NCBI GenBank assembly: GCA_052035195.1
Contig: JBPOHU010000003.1
Location: 17,453 to 81,452, forward strand
From: Candidatus Nomurabacteria bacterium
Lineage (GTDB): Bacteria > Patescibacteriota > Minisyncoccia > Phycocordibacterales > UBA9973
Direction of reading: 5' to 3'
DNA: 64,000 bases
Made by a program: the position numbers and the translations under genes. The first letter of the stretch is position 1, and the number at the start of each line of letters is the position of its first letter. Positions 39,227 to 49,561 of this stretch are shown here, piece by piece. Under the pieces are notes generated by a model. That model was not told the origin of the DNA. It saw nothing but the letters and a program-made list of their open reading frames with translations, and did not search any database.

Positions 39227-40610
39227 AGATTTTTCTGATAAAAAAATAAAAATTACTTTTGCGGGTGGAACAGGTGCTGTTACTGGAGCAAACTTCCTAG
39301 TCGAAGCATTAGGAAGCGAACAAGAAATAAAATTCCTTGTTGATTGTGGTCTCGAACAGGGAACAAAGTCAGCTGATCAAAATAACTGGGCACCTTTCCC
39401 ATATGACGCTTCTAGTGTGGACTATCTTTTTATTACTCATGCACACATAGATCATATAGGTCGTATTCCAAAACTTATTTATGATGGTTTCAGAGGAACT
39501 ATTTATTCTACAGTTCCTACCAAAGACATTACTGAGCTAATGCTTGAAGACACCGCTCATATTTTAGGCAAAGGCGAAAATGAGCTTCTAAAGAAAATAT
39601 ATACAGATGAAAATATTCGCCAAGCTCTTTCGCAGTGGAAAGTAGTTGATTATCATCAAGACATAGCAATAGGAGAACTTATTTTTAGATATAGAGATGC
39701 GGGACACGTATTGGGTTCTGGAATGCTTGAGCTTATTTATAATAATAAAAAGATTATCTTTACCGGAGACTTAGGTAACTCTCCATCACCACTTTTGCGA
39801 GATACAGAAACATTAAAAAATGTTGATTATATGCTTATGGAAAGTGTCTATGGAGATAGAAATCACATGGCACGCGATAAGAGACGCTTGAGACTAGAGC
39901 AAATCATAGAAGATAACTATAAACGCAAAGGTACTCTTATTGTTCCAACATTTTCTCTAGAGCGTTCTCAAGAACTTTTGTTTGAGATCAACGAACTTGT
40001 TGAAAATAAACGTATTCCTGTCATGCCTATTTTCTTTGATAGCCCCCTAGGAATAAGACTGACAAAAATATATCGTCAGTACGGACAATACTTCAATGAA
40101 TTTGCCAGAACACAACTCAAAGACGGAGATGATATTTTCAACTTCCCAGGCCTCAAGTCTACGCTCCTTACAGATGAATCAAAAGAAATAGTAAAAGAAG
40201 ATAATCCAAAGATAGTTATTGCTGGAAGTGGTATGAGTAATGGAGGAAGAATACTTCACCATGAAGCCAACTTTCTTCCAGATGCGAACAACACACTTCT
40301 TCTCACTGGTTATCAAGGAGCGGGGACACTTGGAAGAATTATCCAAGATGGCGCAAAAAATATTCGCATCAATGGTCAAGATATAGAAGTGAGGGCACAC
40401 ATAGAATTTATTGATGGATATTCTGGTCACAAAGACTCTGATCACCTTATAGAGTTTGTAGAACAAACAGCAGACTCACTCAAGGCTGTGTACGTAGCGA
40501 TGGGGGAACCAAAGAGTTCAATGTTCTTAACACAAAGACTTAGAGATTATTTAGGAGTTATGGCTTATGCACCAGAACAAGGAGATGTAGTAGAATTAGA
40601 TTGTAATTAA
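39207..40610 (+). CDS. MBL-fold/beta-CASP ribonuclease
   Basis: VDCG, THAHIDHIG, AGHVLGS, ESVYG and YSGH motifs. Confidence 0.93.
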   Translation: MQSQISKDFSDKKIKITFAGGTGAVTGANFLVEALGSEQEIKFLVDCGLEQGTKSADQNNWAPFPYDASSVDYLFITHAHIDHIGRIPKLIYDGFRGTIYSTVPTKDITELMLEDTAHILGKGENELLKKIYTDENIRQALSQWKVVDYHQDIAIGELIFRYRDAGHVLGSGMLELIYNNKKIIFTGDLGNSPSPLLRDTETLKNVDYMLMESVYGDRNHMARDKRRLRLEQIIEDNYKRKGTLIVPTFSLERSQELLFEINELVENKRIPVMPIFFDSPLGIRLTKIYRQYGQYFNEFARTQLKDGDDIFNFPGLKSTLLTDESKEIVKEDNPKIVIAGSGMSNGGRILHHEANFLPDANNTLLLTGYQGAGTLGRIIQDGAKNIRINGQDIEVRAHIEFIDGYSGHKDSDHLIEFVEQTADSLKAVYVAMGEPKSSMFLTQRLRDYLGVMAYAPEQGDVVELDCN

Positions 40611-40612
40611 TT

Positions 40613-41197
40613 ATGGAAAACGAAGACAAACACGGACATTTGAAAATAAAACTTGGAGTCTCTGGTGCTGCTGAAACAGGCCACTGTGGTCTTGATGCTC
40701 TTGATAAAGCTAAAGAGCTCGGTAGAGAAGTTGTAAGACAAGGTGGTATTTTGGTAACAGGAGCTACAACAGGATTTCCTTTGTGGAGTGCTATGGGCGC
40801 AAAAGAAGAGAGAGGTATCTCTATCGGTCTTTCTCCTGCGTCAAATCCAAGAGAACATGTAGAAGGGTACAGACTACCGCTCGACTATATGGATCTCATC
40901 ATATATACAGGTTTTGGTTTTCCTGGAAGAGACCTTCTTTTTACTAGAAGTTGCGAAGCTTTGCTTATAGGTTGTGGACGTATAGGAACAATCCATGAAT
41001 TTACTATCGCTTTCGAAGAAGGGAAACCTATCGGAGTTCTAGAAGGAAGTTGGACTATGGATGAACAGATCCGTGACATGATAGAAAAAGGTAATAGACC
41101 AGCTGATAAAGTAATTTTTGATTCAGATCCAAAGCGATTGATAGAGAGGGTTATTAAAATGGTTGAAGCTGATAGGGCTGATTTGAATAAGAAATAA
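40613..41197 (+). CDS. LOG/SLOG-family protein
   Basis: LVTGATTG, GRIGTIHEF and KPIGVL motifs. Confidence 0.85.
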   Translation: MENEDKHGHLKIKLGVSGAAETGHCGLDALDKAKELGREVVRQGGILVTGATTGFPLWSAMGAKEERGISIGLSPASNPREHVEGYRLPLDYMDLIIYTGFGFPGRDLLFTRSCEALLIGCGRIGTIHEFTIAFEEGKPIGVLEGSWTMDEQIRDMIEKGNRPADKVIFDSDPKRLIERVIKMVEADRADLNKK

Positions 41198-41214
41198 GCC
41201 CATGGTAGTATAGG

Positions 41215-41412
41215 AGCACAAGCTTTGAAGGATTATCGCCCCTTCGTCCGCCTTGGGTAGACAAGCTTCAGAAAGAAATCCTAAATGGAAATTAGAATCT
41301 GACGGGTAAGCCCGATATAGCAGTAAATGAGTATTAAGTAAGGTGGTACCACGAGCAAAACTCGTCCTTGCACTATGACCAAAAGTCGTAATGCGCGGAC
41401 GAGTTTTATTTT
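41215..41412 (+). promoter_or_regulatory. T-box riboswitch (ileS leader)
   Basis: AAGGTGGTACCACG at 41340-41353; antiterminator overlapping the terminator ctcgtcc...ggacgag-T-tract. Confidence 0.8.
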
Positions 41413-41418
41413 TTATAT

Positions 41419-44400
41419 ATGGATAACAATCAACAACAATCAAAATCTCAATCAGCTCTTCGAGAAGAAGAAGTACTTCAATTTTGGAAAGAAAAAGATA
41501 TTTTCAAGAAATCAGTTGAAAAGAATGTCACAGGCAAAGAATTTGTCTTTTTTGAAGGCCCACCGACAGCAAATGCAAAACCAGCACTTCACCACCTTGA
41601 AGCTCGTGCTTTCAAGGACGTGATACCTCGATACAAAACAATGCAGGGCTATCATGTAGCTCGTCGCGCAGGATGGGACACTCACGGTCTTCCAGTAGAG
41701 CTTCAAATAGAAAAAGCTCTTGGCTTAGAATCAAAGAAAGATATTGAGAAGTATGGAGTAGCAGCTTTTAATAAAGCCTGCAAAGAAAGCGTTTTCACTT
41801 ATATTAAAGATTGGGAAATTTTCACCGATCGTATGGGGTATTGGGTGGACAAAAAGAGTGCTTACTATACTTTCAACTCTTCTTATATGGAATCCCTCTG
41901 GCATATAGTCGGAGAAATAAATAAAAGAAATTTACTTTATAAAGATTACAAAGTTGTCCCATGGTGCCCTCGTTGTGGTACAGGACTTTCTTCTCATGAA
42001 CTCGCACAAGGCTATCAAGATGTAAAAGACTTGTCAGTGTATGCAAAGTTTAAAATTGTAGGACTTGAAAAAGCGTATTTTCTTGCTTGGACTACAACAC
42101 CATGGACTCTTCCAGGTAACGTAGCTTTGGCTGTTGGTAATGATATTGAATATGTTGAAGCAAAAGTAGGTGATGAAATTTTTGTTCTTGCAAAAGAAAG
42201 ACTTAGTTTACTTGCAGAAGGTTATGAGATTATTGCACAGCACAAAGGTTCTGAAATGATAGGAATGGAATATGAACCACTTTATCCATATCTCAAGAGA
42301 GAAGCAGAGAAGAAAGGGTTGGATACAACAAAAGCATTCAAGGTTTATACTGCCGACTTTGTTACAACTACTGATGGTACTGGTATTGTACATATAGCAC
42401 CGATGTATGGGGCAGATGACTTTGATCTTGGAACAAAGATGGGACTGACTAAATTCCACACTGTTAACGAAGGAGGACACTTTATTCCAGGCACTGATTT
42501 TCTAGAAGGACGTTTTGTAAAGGATGAGTCTGTAGCTGTAGACATTATCAAAGATCTTGCTGGCCGAGGACAACTTTTCAAAAAAGAAAAATACGAACAC
42601 TCATATCCACATTGTTGGCGATGTAAAACTCCGCTTTTGTATTATGCGCGAGACTCTTGGTATGTTCGCATGAGTGAGCTCCGTGACGATTTGCTCAAAG
42701 CAAACGATGACGTTAACTGGGAACCAGAACATATAAAAAATGGAAGATTTGGAGAATGGCTTCGAGAGGTTAAAGACTGGGCATTTTCTCGTGAGCGATA
42801 TTGGGGGACACCACTGCCTGTATGGGAGAGTGTCGATGGAGATAGAGTAGTTGTTGATTCTATTGATACTCTCAAGAAACTCTCTATTACTTCTCAAAAC
42901 AAATACTTCGTCATGCGCCACGGTCAAACAGACCACAATGTTCGTCAAGAATGGAATGCCACAATAACAAATCCAGATCCTCTTACAGAGAAGGGTATAC
43001 AACAAGTTAAAGATGCATCAAATAATTTCAAAGAAGATATAGATATCATTATTACTTCTCCTTTTTCTCGAACCAAAGAGTCAGCTCAAATCTTCAAAGA
43101 AACAAAAGGACTAAATGTTGAGATAATAGAAGACCCACGTATTGCCGAATGGAATGTCGGTAAAGAGTTTGATGGAAAACCATTTTCAAAATATTTTGAA
43201 GTTAGAAATGTAAATGAAGATCGGTATGGATTCAAGGCTTCTGACGGAGAATCATACTTGGATATATTGAAAAGATCAGGGGAATTTATTTATGATTTAG
43301 AATCAAAATATAAAGGCAAAAGAGTGCTTATCATGACGCACGGAGCCGTAGCTCGAGCGCTCGAACTCCATAGCCACGGTATATCTTTTGATTCTCTATA
43401 CAGAAATACTAGAGATTACAACAACTTTGAAAATGCTGATCTTCGAGAGATTAATTTTGTACCATTACCTCACAATGAAAACTTTGAGTTAGATTTACAC
43501 AAGCCTTATATCGACGAAGTGGAACTGTACAAGGATGGCAAAAAGCTCACTCGAGTAAAAGAAGTGATGGACGTATGGTTCGATAGTGGAGGTATGCCTT
43601 TTGCACAAGAGCATTATATGGGTGAAGGTACACTTTCGTATCCGGCTGATTTCATTTCAGAAGCCATAGATCAAACTCGAGGTTGGTTCTATACACTTCT
43701 TGCTGTTGGTGTACTTATGAATCGAGAGTCTCCATATAAAAATGTGATTTGTCTTGGGCACCTACTCGACAAAGACGGAAAGAAGATGAGTAAGTCTATC
43801 GGTAATATAGTTGAGCCATTTGAACAAATGGATACTTTTGGTGCGGATGCAGTAAGATGGTGGATGTATAGTGTTAATGCTCCAGGGGAGAGCAAGAACT
43901 ATGATCCTAAAAGCGTAGCCGAAATAAATAACAAAGTCTTTAATTTGTTTAACAACGTTTTATCTTTCTATGAACTTTATAGAGACAAAGAACTTGAAGA
44001 TCAAAATAATAAAAGTGAAAATATTTTGGACAAATGGATATTAGCAAGGCTAAATCAAACTCTAGCAGAGGTAACAAATTCTCTTGATGCTTATGATCTT
44101 TTCCGTCCAACTCGAGCTCTTCGAGACCTCATAGACGACCTTTCTACTTGGTATTTGCGACGAAGTCGTGATCGTATCAAAGATGGAGAAAAGCAGGCAA
44201 AGCAGACGCTCTACTATGTGCTCAAAAATACAGCTCAAGCTATGGCTCCTTTTGCACCATTTTTTGCAGAGCATGTATGGCAGAAGCTTAAGCTTGATTC
44301 AGATGCAGAAAGTGTTCACTTAGCCCTTTGGCCCGATTATCAAGAAGCTGACTCTGAGCTTATAAATAATATGCAAATTACCAGAAACTTTTGTACAGCA

Positions 44401-44796
44401 GGAAATGCGTTTCGTAAATCAAAAAATATCCCAATTAGACAGCCTCTTAAGCTTATGAAAATATCATATGATGCTTTATCAAAAGATCTTACTTCTCTTA
44501 TAGAAGAAGAACTTAATATAAAAATGGTTTTAGTTGATACTGAAATTCAGCCAGCAGGAGAGATATATGTTGATGAAGAAATTACTCCAGAACTCAAACT
44601 CGAAGGGGAATACCGCGAGCTAGTTCGCTTGGTCCAAGACATGAGAAAAGAAAAAGGTCTTACTCCACAAGATGAGATCTCTCTAACACTTCCAGAAAAG
44701 TACAATGAAATATTTGCTAAATTTGGCGAAGAATTGAAAAAGGTTGTTGGTGCGAGGGAAGTGTCAGTACAAGGAGAAGAAGTTATGCTTAGTTAG
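41419..44796 (+). CDS. ileS: Isoleucyl-tRNA synthetase, type 2, with histidine-phosphatase insert
   Basis: GPPTAN, ALHH, GWDTHGLP, WTTTPWT and KMSKS motifs; RHG insert. Confidence 0.97.
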   Translation: MDNNQQQSKSQSALREEEVLQFWKEKDIFKKSVEKNVTGKEFVFFEGPPTANAKPALHHLEARAFKDVIPRYKTMQGYHVARRAGWDTHGLPVELQIEKALGLESKKDIEKYGVAAFNKACKESVFTYIKDWEIFTDRMGYWVDKKSAYYTFNSSYMESLWHIVGEINKRNLLYKDYKVVPWCPRCGTGLSSHELAQGYQDVKDLSVYAKFKIVGLEKAYFLAWTTTPWTLPGNVALAVGNDIEYVEAKVGDEIFVLAKERLSLLAEGYEIIAQHKGSEMIGMEYEPLYPYLKREAEKKGLDTTKAFKVYTADFVTTTDGTGIVHIAPMYGADDFDLGTKMGLTKFHTVNEGGHFIPGTDFLEGRFVKDESVAVDIIKDLAGRGQLFKKEKYEHSYPHCWRCKTPLLYYARDSWYVRMSELRDDLLKANDDVNWEPEHIKNGRFGEWLREVKDWAFSRERYWGTPLPVWESVDGDRVVVDSIDTLKKLSITSQNKYFVMRHGQTDHNVRQEWNATITNPDPLTEKGIQQVKDASNNFKEDIDIIITSPFSRTKESAQIFKETKGLNVEIIEDPRIAEWNVGKEFDGKPFSKYFEVRNVNEDRYGFKASDGESYLDILKRSGEFIYDLESKYKGKRVLIMTHGAVARALELHSHGISFDSLYRNTRDYNNFENADLREINFVPLPHNENFELDLHKPYIDEVELYKDGKKLTRVKEVMDVWFDSGGMPFAQEHYMGEGTLSYPADFISEAIDQTRGWFYTLLAVGVLMNRESPYKNVICLGHLLDKDGKKMSKSIGNIVEPFEQMDTFGADAVRWWMYSVNAPGESKNYDPKSVAEINNKVFNLFNNVLSFYELYRDKELEDQNNKSENILDKWILARLNQTLAEVTNSLDAYDLFRPTRALRDLIDDLSTWYLRRSRDRIKDGEKQAKQTLYYVLKNTAQAMAPFAPFFAEHVWQKLKLDSDAESVHLALWPDYQEADSELINNMQITRNFCTAGNAFRKSKNIPIRQPLKLMKISYDALSKDLTSLIEEELNIKMVLVDTEIQPAGEIYVDEEITPELKLEGEYRELVRLVQDMRKEKGLTPQDEISLTLPEKYNEIFAKFGEELKKVVGAREVSVQGEEVMLS

Positions 44797-44800
44797 TTTA

Positions 44801-45406
44801 ATGAGTAAAAAACTAGTTATATTTGATTTTGATGGAGTGATTGTTGAGAGTCTGGATTTGTGGTTTCGTATAACACAAATAAATAATCCGGGACTGACAA
44901 AAGAAGAGTATTATTCTATGTCCCATGGAAATTATATTGAAGCTTTTGAGTCAAAAAAGTTGATATACACAGAAGAAGGATTAGAAGAGTATAGGAGTAA
45001 ATTATTTTTAATTGATTCGCCAAAAGAAATAGTTTCATTTATAGAAAACAATAGCAATAAATTTTTGTACGCTATAGTTTCTTCTGGAAATGAAATAACC
45101 ATAAAAAGGTTTTTAGAAAAAGAAAAGTTAGCAAATTATTTTACAGATATACTTGGTAATCAAACTCATAAAAATAAAAATACGAAGATTTCTAATTTGT
45201 TGGAAAAATATTCTCTAGAAAATAAAAACGCTGTTTTTATTACTGATACTCTTGGAGACATTCTAGAAGCTAATGAGACAGGGATTAAGAGTGTAGGAGT
45301 GCTCTGGGGTTTACATGATAGAGAAACCTTAGAAAAAGGAAATCCTGAGATAATAATAGGCAACCCAGGAGAATTAGAAGAAACAATAAATAGTATACTT
45401 TCTTAA
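44801..45406 (+). CDS. HAD-family hydrolase
   Basis: FDFDGV, TDTLGD and GVLWG motifs. Confidence 0.92.
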   Translation: MSKKLVIFDFDGVIVESLDLWFRITQINNPGLTKEEYYSMSHGNYIEAFESKKLIYTEEGLEEYRSKLFLIDSPKEIVSFIENNSNKFLYAIVSSGNEITIKRFLEKEKLANYFTDILGNQTHKNKNTKISNLLEKYSLENKNAVFITDTLGDILEANETGIKSVGVLWGLHDRETLEKGNPEIIIGNPGELEETINSILS

Positions 45407-45407
45407 T

Positions 45408-45980
45408 ATGCACCCGATTATTCATACTGAAGCTTTTGTTCTCAAAAGCATAGAAAGTGGGGAAGCCAACAAAAGAGTTTGGCTCTTTACCAGAGATTTC
45501 GGTTTGATAGTCGCAACAGTTCAAGGTGTAAGGAAAAGCACAGCGAAACTCAAAAGTCATATTATTGATTATTGTTATATCAATGTTGATTTGGTTAAAG
45601 GTAGAGATGTATGGAGGCTCGTTTCAGCAGAAATTATAAACAATCCTTTTATTGGTTCTTATGACAAACTTCGAGCTAGGTCATATATCAGAGCTCTATC
45701 TTTGGTAGAGAGGTTTTGTGTGGAAGAGGGGGGTGAGATTGATTTGTTTAACCATTTGATTCAAGTATTAAAAACGCTCGAAAGTTCTTCTGATAATCCA
45801 AATTTATTTGACACTATAGTGCTTTGGAAAATTTTGGTTTTACTTGGATATCTCGAACTTAGTCCAGATAGTGAAAAGCTTTTCTATATAGACTTAGAAG
45901 AGATAGGTTCTGTTTCAGATAGTTTGTCCAAGACCTTGATAAAGGACGTTACTGATGCAATAAATCGCACACATCTTTGA
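45408..45980 (+). CDS. recO: DNA repair protein RecO
   Basis: TEAFVLK...GEAN...LFTRDFG...GVRK. Confidence 0.88.
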   Translation: MHPIIHTEAFVLKSIESGEANKRVWLFTRDFGLIVATVQGVRKSTAKLKSHIIDYCYINVDLVKGRDVWRLVSAEIINNPFIGSYDKLRARSYIRALSLVERFCVEEGGEIDLFNHLIQVLKTLESSSDNPNLFDTIVLWKILVLLGYLELSPDSEKLFYIDLEEIGSVSDSLSKTLIKDVTDAINRTHL

Positions 45981-45995
45981 TATACTAGTAACAGT

Positions 45996-47891
45996 ATGTC
46001 TTCTGAAGAAATAGACCATATCGCACAACTTCAACAAAAGCTATATGCTCGTGATCCTGAGAGTGCCCCTAAGCGCACTGTTGGTATTTTGCGCCCTCTT
46101 AAGTCAAGAGTTGAATCTTCTTGGGGGCAAGAAGATTTGGTCAAAGAAAAAAAGCGCCACATACCCATGATTTCTGGTTATAGAAGATTTTTTATTTTCT
46201 CTTTTATTTTTTTCTTAATAGCTCTGGCTGTTGCATTTTTCTCTGTTTATCGCGGAGCTGTTACTCTCTCAAGTAAAAATGTTGAGTTAACTATTTTAGG
46301 TAATTCTTTTGTTGCAGGAGGGGAGAGCTTGCCAATACAAGTAGATATGATTAACAAAAACTCTGCAGACCTTGTAGACGCTGAAATAACTATCTCTTAT
46401 CCCAAGGGGTCGATGGATGTAAGTGGTGCAGAAATGGAAAGGGTAAAAAAGGTTTTGGGTACTATATCTTCAGGAAAGACGAAAACAGAAGGATTCTCCG
46501 TTATTCTATATGGTGAGCAAGGTACTAGTCGAACAGTGACTGCTACTCTTGAATATAAGCTTGCTGGGTCAAATACAACGTTCGTCAAAGAGAAATCTTT
46601 TTCCGTTATGATAAATTCTTCTCCCGTATCACTCACTGTGGATGCTCCTACATCAACAGCTTCAAATCAACCATTTAATATGACTATCAGAACCGTCTTT
46701 ACTGGAGACTCAATACTGGAAGACGCTATTGTTAGAGTTGAATATCCAAATGGTTATGTTTTCTCTTCTGCTGTACCAGCCCCAGAGAGCGGAACAAATG
46801 TTTGGGCACTTAAAGATTTGGTTAAAGGAACAGAGAGAACTATTTCTATAAGAGGGAAATTGATAGGAGAAGAGCAAGATGAAAAAGCTTTTCATATTTA
46901 TGTAGGATCAAGATCTAGTGAGACAGATTCACGAATTGCTGTTTCTTATAATTCTGTTTTACATAGCACTACTATAGAACAACCATTTATCTCTGGTGTT
47001 ATAAGTATTGGTAATGTACAAGATGATGTTGTCGCTCTTCCAAGCGGGTCTAATGTCTCAGGTGTTATTAAGTTTGTTAACAATGCCCCTATTAGGATTA
47101 CAAACCCTATTTTTACTTTGTATTTAAATGGGGAGACTATCGGTGTTGATTCAATAGAAGCTCGAGGTGGTAGATATGACCCTTTGGAGAAAACTATCGT
47201 TTGGAATAATGAAACGAGCTTGGACTTATCTGCCATAGAAAGTGGTGCTCAAGGAGAACTTCCTTTTAGTTTCAATACAACACTACCTAAGCCGGGTACT
47301 GCAGGGGATATAAACTTGTCGCTTTCGGTTTCCGGAGTTTTCCCTGATAGAGACTTTTTTGAAGATAGTATCTCTGATATTGATCAAAAGATAATCCGTT
47401 TTTCTTCTCGTTTGCAGTTTGCTTCTCAGTCTCTTTATTCAGTGGGCCCTATAAAAAACACAGGACCATTTCCGTCTAGGGTAGATAAGGAAACGACATA
47501 TACTATTTCTTGGACAATGAAACCAGTCGAAAACCCTCTTTCAAAAGCTGTAGCTACAGCAGTACTGCCTCTCGGCGTGTCTTGGACAGGGGTTATTTCT
47601 CCTCAATCTGAAAATGTTTCTTTTGACCCAGAAACAAGAATAGTTTCTTGGGCAATAGGATCTATTCCAAGAGCTACTACAAATGCTTTTACTCGCTCAG
47701 TTGCTTTCCAGGTAAAGGTTAAACCAACTAAAAGTCAGCTAGATTCCGACCTTGATTTAATAGGAGAGACAACTATTAACGCAACAGATACTATAGCCAA
47801 TACGCCTTTGACAATAAGTCGACCAGCCCTTACTAATCGCCTAAGTACTGACCCTATCTATTCCCCAGGGAAGGAAAAAGTGCTACCATAG
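45996..47891 (+). CDS. Membrane-anchored protein with repeated Ig/DUF11-like domains
   Basis: Single TM, beta-rich; GPFP...ETTYTISW. Confidence 0.8.
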   Translation: MSSEEIDHIAQLQQKLYARDPESAPKRTVGILRPLKSRVESSWGQEDLVKEKKRHIPMISGYRRFFIFSFIFFLIALAVAFFSVYRGAVTLSSKNVELTILGNSFVAGGESLPIQVDMINKNSADLVDAEITISYPKGSMDVSGAEMERVKKVLGTISSGKTKTEGFSVILYGEQGTSRTVTATLEYKLAGSNTTFVKEKSFSVMINSSPVSLTVDAPTSTASNQPFNMTIRTVFTGDSILEDAIVRVEYPNGYVFSSAVPAPESGTNVWALKDLVKGTERTISIRGKLIGEEQDEKAFHIYVGSRSSETDSRIAVSYNSVLHSTTIEQPFISGVISIGNVQDDVVALPSGSNVSGVIKFVNNAPIRITNPIFTLYLNGETIGVDSIEARGGRYDPLEKTIVWNNETSLDLSAIESGAQGELPFSFNTTLPKPGTAGDINLSLSVSGVFPDRDFFEDSISDIDQKIIRFSSRLQFASQSLYSVGPIKNTGPFPSRVDKETTYTISWTMKPVENPLSKAVATAVLPLGVSWTGVISPQSENVSFDPETRIVSWAIGSIPRATTNAFTRSVAFQVKVKPTKSQLDSDLDLIGETTINATDTIANTPLTISRPALTNRLSTDPIYSPGKEKVLP

Positions 47892-47897
47892 CCCATA

Positions 47898-49304
47898 ATG
47901 AAAGTATCTATGGAACAACTCATTAGTTTATGTAAGCGCCGGGGTTTTGTATTCCCGTCTTCTGAGATATATGGTGGTATGGCTGGAGTTTATGACTACG
48001 GTCATTATGGAAGTCTACTTAAAGACAATATTCGTTCTGCTTGGCTTCGTCATATGGTACAGCTCCGAGAAGATGTAGTTGGTCTTGATAGTGCTATTTT
48101 TATGCATCCAACTACTTGGAAGGCGTCGGGTCATGTCGATGGATTTAATGATCCTCAAGTAGATTGTAAAAACTGTAAATCTCGTTTTCGAGCTGACCAT
48201 ATACTTGAAGACCTCGGCATTTCTGCTGACAAGGCTAGTATAGAATTTATAAATCAAGAACTAGATAAATTAAGAGAAGATAAAAAGCTAGTCTGTCCAA
48301 ATTGTAATAAAGCCACTCTTACAGAAGCTCGAGTGTTTTCAATGATGGTTAAGTCTAACCTAGGTTCTCCTGTTGATGTTCTCGATGAAGAAAATGTAGT
48401 TTATCTTAGGCCGGAGACTTGTGGTGGTATTTATCTTGAATACAAAAATACATTAGATAGTCTTCACCCAAAACTTCCTTTTGGTATTGCTCAAGTAGGT
48501 AAAGCTTTTAGAAATGAAATAGCGGCTAGACAGTTTATTTTCCGAACTAGAGAGTTTGAACAAATGGAAATGCAATACTTTCACAAGAAAGAGCAAACCA
48601 AAGACGTTTTTGAAAGATGGCAAGAAGCCAGAATGAAATGGTATCTCGCATATGGTATCCCCGAAGAGAAGCTTCGTTGGTTTAAACATGAAAAGCTAGC
48701 TCATTATGCAAGTGAGGCTTATGACATAGAGTATGATTTTTCTGGACTAGATGGATTCAAAGAAGTAGAAGGGATACATGCTCGAGGAGATTGGGATCTA
48801 TCTCAACACTCTAAGTTCTCAGGAGTAGACCTGTCTTATTTTGATGAAGAAACAAAAGAGAGATTTATCCCTCATATTGTAGAGACATCAGCAGGACTCG
48901 CACGTCACTTTTTGATGTTTCTAGATAATGCTTATACAGAAGAAGAAACTGAAAGTGGAGATACTAGAGTATTTTTGAAACTTCACGGTGCTCTAGCTCC
49001 TATAAAGTGTGCAGTCTTTCCACTTCTTAAAAACAAGCCTGAACTTGTAGCAAAAGCACGAGAAGTATTTCTAACACTACGAACAAAGTTTATGTGTGAA
49101 TTTGATGACAACGGAAACGTAGGCAAGAGATATCGCCGACAAGATGAAATAGGTACACCATTTTGTGTTGTAGTTGATTTTGATACTCTCGGAGAAACTC
49201 CAGATTTGTTTGATACTGTTACTGTTCGAAATCGTGATACGGGTAAGCAAGATAGAATAGCGATATCAGAGCTAGAAAAATACATAGAAGATCGAATAAA
49301 ATAA
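47898..49304 (+). CDS. glyS: Glycyl-tRNA synthetase (alpha2 type)
   Basis: YLRPET, FRTREFEQME and YRRQDEIGTPFC motifs. Confidence 0.97.
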   Translation: MKVSMEQLISLCKRRGFVFPSSEIYGGMAGVYDYGHYGSLLKDNIRSAWLRHMVQLREDVVGLDSAIFMHPTTWKASGHVDGFNDPQVDCKNCKSRFRADHILEDLGISADKASIEFINQELDKLREDKKLVCPNCNKATLTEARVFSMMVKSNLGSPVDVLDEENVVYLRPETCGGIYLEYKNTLDSLHPKLPFGIAQVGKAFRNEIAARQFIFRTREFEQMEMQYFHKKEQTKDVFERWQEARMKWYLAYGIPEEKLRWFKHEKLAHYASEAYDIEYDFSGLDGFKEVEGIHARGDWDLSQHSKFSGVDLSYFDEETKERFIPHIVETSAGLARHFLMFLDNAYTEEETESGDTRVFLKLHGALAPIKCAVFPLLKNKPELVAKAREVFLTLRTKFMCEFDDNGNVGKRYRRQDEIGTPFCVVVDFDTLGETPDLFDTVTVRNRDTGKQDRIAISELEKYIEDRIK

Positions 49305-49331
49305 AAAGACCCGATATCGGGTCTTTTAGCT

Positions 49332-49475
49332 TTATTCGCGCCAGTCAAACTTTATATTTTTTGTTTTTATTTTAAAAATATAAACAACTAATTTAAAAAA
49401 CAATAAAAATATAAGTATTGCTCTGGCTGCAGCAATCTCTGCTTCAGAGGCAGGATGAGGTGTGATACTAATCAT
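49332..49475 (-). CDS. Putative 47-aa single-TM peptide
   Basis: MISITPHPASEAEIAAARAILIFLLFFKLVVYIFKIK...; TTGACA at 49525-49530 (minus). Confidence 0.4.
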   Translation of the reverse strand: MISITPHPASEAEIAAARAILIFLLFFKLVVYIFKIKTKNIKFDWRE

Positions 49476-49561
49476 ATAAAAAACAGTTTAGTTCCTCTTA
49501 GGTTTACTCCATTTTGGTATCATTTGTCAACTCTTTCTTTAAAATGCTACTATAGCTTTAT

